A stretch of DNA of 64,000 nucleotides from Phoronis australis (taxonomy: Eukaryota > Animalia > Phoronida), in contig NMRA01000257.1 in assembly GCA_002633005.1 (NCBI GenBank), positions 154,731 to 218,730 of the forward strand. The letters are read 5' to 3'. Below the pieces are notes generated by a model, which made no database searches, was not told the origin of the DNA, and worked only from the letters and a program-made list of their open reading frames with translations. Shown in pieces: positions 58,575 through 64,000 of the stretch. Made by a program: the position numbers and the translations under genes. The first letter of the stretch is position 1, and each line of letters begins with the position of its first letter.

Positions 58575-60558
58575 GCTATTGCGCAAGCGCACTGAAATAT
58601 GTTAGTTTCCGCCCAGCCCCAGTTGTGTTTAGACGTGTAGTTGACACTGGAGCAACTGATCGAGTGCAACTCGCTCTACCTCTCACAAATGGGTGTCAAA
58701 AATGGCTGCCGTTGTGTCAACTACCTCTGTCACACACTTGCGCCCAATCAGCTGTTCCGTATTAAATGCTCCGAGAGAGTTCGGTTTTGTAATTGGCAAG
58801 AACAGGGCAGAAAACAAGAAAGAGTGTTTCAATCTTTAATCCAAACACTGCTATCTTAGTTAGTTAAATTACCCACAACAATATTAATCTAAACCTTCCA
58901 AGGAATCACCATTAAAGTCCTGTTTTATGAGACTTACTGCCAAATGAGAGTGCAGGTAGATGAGGTGGTTCAGAAATATGTAGCAGAGTTATGTTTTCCC
59001 CCTCTCGGTACATGTAGGTCAGATAGTCTGCAAAATACAGCAATGTTGATAATTCAAAGACATGTAAAGTTCATATCCCACAAAGATACAGTTACATGTA
59101 TATAAGGGTTACGTTTAACAGAATCCCAGTCTATACCATAGTTGCATGGTTTAACATCCCAGCACGTTTGGCTGAAAGTCCTCCCTAACTTTCCATGTTT
59201 TCCATTTGAATGCTGTAGTATTGCGTATTAGCATCTGGGCACATATTTTTTCAAAACATTTTTGACCCAGAACTTATTCCAAACCAGTTTTGCAAACACG
59301 GAGCTCACTCTTGGTATCAACTGCATGGTATGTTTGACATTTTTTTTATAAATAAACATTGCTTTAACAGTGTCTGTTTCACTTGACAACAATATGAGGG
59401 CGGGACTGGCATCTGCTCTGCTGTTCCTAAAAAACCCATTACGCCGTTCAGGATTTTTAGTGCTTTCAAAGCACATTATCAAATAATTTGCACACCTTAT
59501 GATGACTTGCATTTGGTTAGCAGTAGGTCCCATCAATGGTAAATTAGAGAAAAATTAAATGAAAGCCCATAATAGCTTTTTATATGTATTATTTGGCCAG
59601 ATAGACCGTGAAGATGAAAGACATGGTTTCTTCAGTAACAGGCCTTCCAATATACTGCAGAAAAACAGCAGGTTTAATGAAATAATTTCAATTAACTGAG
59701 CAGAACAGCACTGCCACCTAATCATTTGACTTCAATTGCGTTAATTTCCAGTCATGCTTTCGGCATACCTGTTCTGGTGTTTGCTCATTTCTTTGTGACC
59801 AGACCACCCATTTCCAAAATTTCTGTGTTAACCAGACAGCAAAGCAAAGCGTGTCACCATTTTTCATTCAATTACTTAATTATCGACTGCTTAAGTAACT
59901 GAAGCCATTTCTTTTTTAAATGTCACAGAATAAAGTTGCTAAAAACAAACTTGAAGACAAACATTCTTTGAATCCACATTTTACAAGTATGATACATGTT
60001 TCAAAAATTTGAACTTGCAAAAATGAAAAGATAGGGTTGACAGCACTTTTTAAAAAAATTACGAAGCCATTTCTTGATGTTCCAAAGATTACTAAGTTTC
60101 GATTATTGTTCAAAACACAATTAAAAGGTTACAGAAAAGTATGCGAAAATCTCATTGATTAAAACTAGAGGGAACTATACAAAACACAAAAAGGATCTTC
60201 AGGCCACGACGTGTCAATGTAATGTATCACCAAGCCAATAGAAAGACCTCAGTTTGCATTGAAATGAATACCGGTATACGTAAAACCATACTAGTTGTAC
60301 AGAAAACATTTTTTAATAAAAAAAAAAACACTGCTCTCCATTTTGCCCTAAGCAATAGTATAATTTGAAGACAAAAGAATCATTACGTTTTACTCAATAA
60401 TGAGTGTAGCATTCACAACTAACTGGATAAAGGTCATGCCAAATATTTTCCGCAACATTTTGGTGTACAGAGTTTAAATTCAGTGCCTTGAACTTACAGT
60501 TGAGTGCATGGTCAGCATTGTCACTGTTGTCAACAGCAATCAATATTTGTCTAGCCAT
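56510..60558 (-). CDS. Universal stress protein (USP/UspA family), 156 aa
   Basis: Exons 60558-60498 (MARQILIAVDNSDNADHALN), 59027-58938 (YLTYMYREGENITLLHISEPP...), 58037-57922 (PFNVPHEEWAKIM...), 56713-56510 (...DLVVVASRGLNTLRRTFMGSTSDYVLHH...PVLIVPKQ*); same intron phases (1,1,0) as USP-1. Confidence 0.92.
57204..57734. mobile_element. TTAA-flanked MITE (Kolobok-like GG..CC ends)
   Basis: ttaa|ggtta ... taacc|ttaa; internal similarity to about 27470-27890 (reverse) and about 45170-45509. Confidence 0.5.
57922..58037 (-). CDS. USP-2 exon 3
   Basis: ttatag|CT...GCT|gtgagt; helix homologous to USP-1 exon 3 (P..EW.K...H....E.KY). Confidence 0.88.
58543..58573. repeat. (AT)n microsatellite
   Basis: About 15 TA units. 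Confidence 0.95.
58938..59027 (-). CDS. USP-2 exon 2
   Basis: tttgcag|AC...A|gtaagt, 90 nt, ITLLHISEPP USP strand. Confidence 0.88.
60498..60558 (-). CDS. USP-2 coding exon 1
   Basis: ATG 60558, donor T|gtaagt; acceptor tttcag at 60598 suggests an upstream non-coding exon. Confidence 0.88.
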
Positions 60559-62001
60559 GTTGATGGGGTTTAGTTGTGGTATCTTTAATATTGAGAACTG
60601 AAATAAAAAGTAATCAACTGTCAAACATGTGGACTATAACTCTGCAGGCTGAGCTAATCTTTTCAAGAACAACCACGCAGCACCTGCCCATACATAAACT
60701 TACATTTCAAATTTTCTGGGTGATACACTCAATTATGCCTACACATGCACAAAGGCCAGATAAAAAATTTATTTCACGAAACATGAGTGGACTCCATGAA
60801 AGTTAACAAGTCAATATCATTCTAACTGTGTTTGTTTCCCTGAAGTCCTAACACACAATGTAGATAAACAACAGCTGCAGCTGCAGAGCAGAAGTAAGTG
60901 AAAATACAATGAATCAATTCACCAATACAATACAATACAATATACCAGCAATTCGAGTCTCAAAGTTAACTAGCAACAAGTATTGTTTATTTTGGCTCAA
61001 AATAAGAATGACCTGAAATCCTAAGACTCACAGCCGGGATTCTATGGTAGTTTGTACCAGGTAGACACTTCTCCCAACAGGGCCCTTCCCTCTTCCAACA
61101 TTTAACCCTTCAACTGATAATATATCAGGAATCTCAAAGACATGGCAAAGCTGAAATACCCACCTGTAACAATACCGATAGGCCAAAATATAAAAAATAT
61201 CAAAACAACTTGCACAGATGGGACAATTCCCAACACTGCATTGACTAGGCCACTTCCAGGCCAACTCCCACGTGATATTTCAGCGGATTTCGCCCTCCTA
61301 TAGCCATGTCAATACTTAATCGTATGCCTTTCATACAAGCAAGATGTCCAGCCAACCTCAAGTTTCGAGCACGAACAACTTGTTACTTCCGTAGCCAATT
61401 CTGGCACGAAATTTTTTTGTGTCAACATGCATGCAGGCAACTCTACGCTTACGAGAAAGAAAACTTTTTGTCTGTCACAGCCAGCTCAGCATTTACAGGC
61501 ACCAAAAATTTCTGTTCCCCGAGCCAACTCCAAGCTTGTAGGAGGTGAGCCATGAAAAAATTTTTGTGCCAGTCTGTTGCAGTCCAAACTGATGCCTGCG
61601 ACAAACTTATTTGACGCATTTCAATTTGGCATAGGTTGGTGAGCCAAACTGATGCCTGTGCCAAACTGAAGCTACCATGAGTTCCCAAATTATGCAAGTG
61701 GTTTATGGATATTTTGATGGTAATCAGAACCCACAATTGACGACAATGAGTGCTTACTTATGCATGTTGTGTGGATTAATCACAAGGGGGAAGTGTTCAG
61801 CAAAACTATTACATACCACGCCGCACTCATTGTCATCAATTCCAGTTCTGGGCTGCAACACCCCTAGGCCCTATACCCTAAAACTTTTATCATTTTTTCA
61901 TCTTAGGACATCTGATTTCATATATTACAAACTTTGAAGGAGATTAACCCATCGGCACAGCAGTGGCTATCCTATAGGCCTTGACATTACCACCGACTCA
62001 A

Positions 62002-62264
62002 CTGGCAGTAGACGGTGGTTCTGTCCACAAAAGGCATACCGTCTCTATAGCTGGTAGTAGAGACGGTGGTACTGTCCACAAAAGGCATACCATCTCTATA
62101 GCTGGCAGTAGAGACGATGGTACTGTCCACAAAAGGCATACCGTCTCTATAGCTGGCAGTAGAGACGGTGGTACTGTCCACAAAAGGCATACCGTCTTTA
62201 TAGCTGGCAGTAGAGACGGTGGTACTGTCCATAAAAGGCATACCGTCTCTATAGCTGGCAGTAG
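62002..62264. repeat. 51-bp minisatellite (about 5 copies) with internal 10-bp inverted repeat
   Basis: Unit ctggcagtagagacggtggtactgtccacaaaaggcataccgtctctatag. Confidence 0.95.
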
Positions 62265-63446
62265 CTCCTATGGGAGATTCATACTCCATAAGCTTTTCAG
62301 CGAATTATGCTTCACACTGATTAAAACCTCAAAGTTACATTGTTATGAGTACTTTTTATGCATACTAGTAGAGGGACATCTTACAGCTTGAATAGATTAC
62401 TCGCGGAATCAAACTTTTTCTTCGAGTAGTCCTTCTCTAAGTTGTCCAAATCAGCAAATGGCTATTTTTAACTCTAAGCGCATTTCTGGTAGGTGCAGTA
62501 AAAATAGAAGTGTGCCCTGTGCCAGTTTGCTATTTGGGCAACTGAACGAAGTTCTGCTCAAAGTAAAAGTTTGATTACGAGAGTATTTGTTCTAGTTGGA
62601 AAGAATGATAAGGACATCAACAGCGGCTCCTTAAGGACTGTCCCTCTATGCGCAATGTGACTTCACTGTTTTCATCAGTGTGAAGCATAATTCACCGAAA
62701 AGCATCTGGCGTATGAAGTGCCTGTGGAAGGTTCACCGTCTCTACAGCCACCTAGAGACGGTGAACTGTCAAGACGGAATGGAGTTCAACGCCACGAACG
62801 ATGAACAGCCATACTGCTGCATACGCCGGAATGATTCACGGATGCGAACTTATTGGTATTTGAAGTTTGCAACTTTGACTAGACCAAATTAGCGATGCGT
62901 GGACCATTAAGACATTTTATTTCTGTTAGTTATTACCCCCAGCACTCTAAAACTATACATATGAATGTGGATTACTAGTGCCGATCAATCAACAACACGA
63001 AACGAACAAATATTGAAGCTTGCCAGGCTATCGATCCCCTAGTTCTCCAACTGAACCCAAGTTGCGTGAGGTCTTATGGGCAAAATACGTACACCGATAA
63101 TCGCAACTCTGAAAATGAATTGAAGCAACATTCAACGACTTACTTAAAATCAAATAACTCGTAAGCTTCGCTCCCGCCCCTCGTAACAAGTTTGCCACCG
63201 ACGCGAAAGCCGATCCAAAATGAGCTTATGACCTATATACGGGTCCTTCGAAAAAAGCCCGGATTAGCTAGCAGGCAATGCAGTTTACACTCGTGAACTA
63301 AAGTCGGGTACAACTAAACCTGGCTCATTGACTCACAAACACCGCCCGCACTCATGAAACATGGCTTACATGTATGCATCCAAAACATTTCTCATTGACT
63401 TTTATGACTGAAGTCTGCGAAAAATTAAAAAAAATCATTAGCGGCT

Positions 63447-63686
63447 CATGCCGCGGCGCACCCAGGGCCGGCCGGGGGGGGGGGGGGGGGNCAAAGTGGG
63501 CAAAAAGGTCCGCCTGCGAGAAACAGTAAGGCCAAGAAAATGAGATAAAAATCTACTAAACAAGCACAAACGCGCAATTCACGGTGGTGCGTCCGTTGTT
63601 TTTTTTTTTTTTTAGTAGTCCGCCGGCCCTGGGTCCATAACGTTAGGAATTCGAGCCCCCCATATTGAAGGCTGGGTGCGCGCATG
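63447..63686. mobile_element. MITE, same family as 30538-30783 (reverse orientation, spans an N)
   Basis: gaattcgagccccccatattgaaggctgggtgcgcgcatg is the reverse complement of the left end at 30538. Confidence 0.7.
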
Positions 63687-64000
63687 CCGCGGCTTGATAG
63701 ATATAGTCATCTTTGCCTTTAATCTCGATCCGACTGACCGACTGACGTACATCCGATCTTGTAGTGATCAGATAGCCGACGAGTCCGTCACGTACGCTAG
63801 ATCTGCTTTCCCGCAGCCTGTAAAGATGTCCGTAAAACTTAAGCATTAGTCAGATCACCCTCACTTAATTAAATATCTGGAAGTCTGGACCTTGCCCACT
63901 TACACGGGCAAAAGCCCCGCACTACTGAGCCGTTGTCGATCAGTAGTCATTTACCGTAAACTCACGGGTTAACGTCCATGTCCGGGTTAATGCCCATCCC

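Noticed and set aside
62002-62264. CRISPR-like array of palindromic repeats
   Set aside because: Intervening sequences are identical rather than unique spacers, there are no cas genes, and the context is eukaryotic.

Overview
This is intron-rich, AT-rich animal genomic DNA, probably from an invertebrate. Intron-containing universal stress protein (USP) genes argue against vertebrates and ecdysozoans, but the phylum cannot be fixed from sequence alone. Four protein-coding genes were reconstructed by hand with GT-AG sites and consistent phases. (1) A TRPA1-like ankyrin-repeat ion channel on the minus strand: 21 coding exons at 28489-338, about 965 codons, with the C-terminus beyond the window start. 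(2) A USP gene on + (34867-39520) carrying two tandem 99-nt exon-2 variants only 35 nt apart, which look like mutually exclusive exons. (3) An intronless, highly atypical Rho-family GTPase (48784-49362). (4) A second USP gene on minus (60558-56510). Introns and intergenic DNA hold many mobile-element remnants: a Kolobok/THAP derivative with 312-bp inverted arms, several MITEs with 5-bp target-site duplications (TSDs), LINE fragments, Penelope-like remnants with degenerate hammerhead motifs, a putative solo LTR with a heat-shock-element cluster, and minisatellites. Single Ns mark assembly joins, and two apparent tandem duplications at Ns are probably uncollapsed haplotypes.
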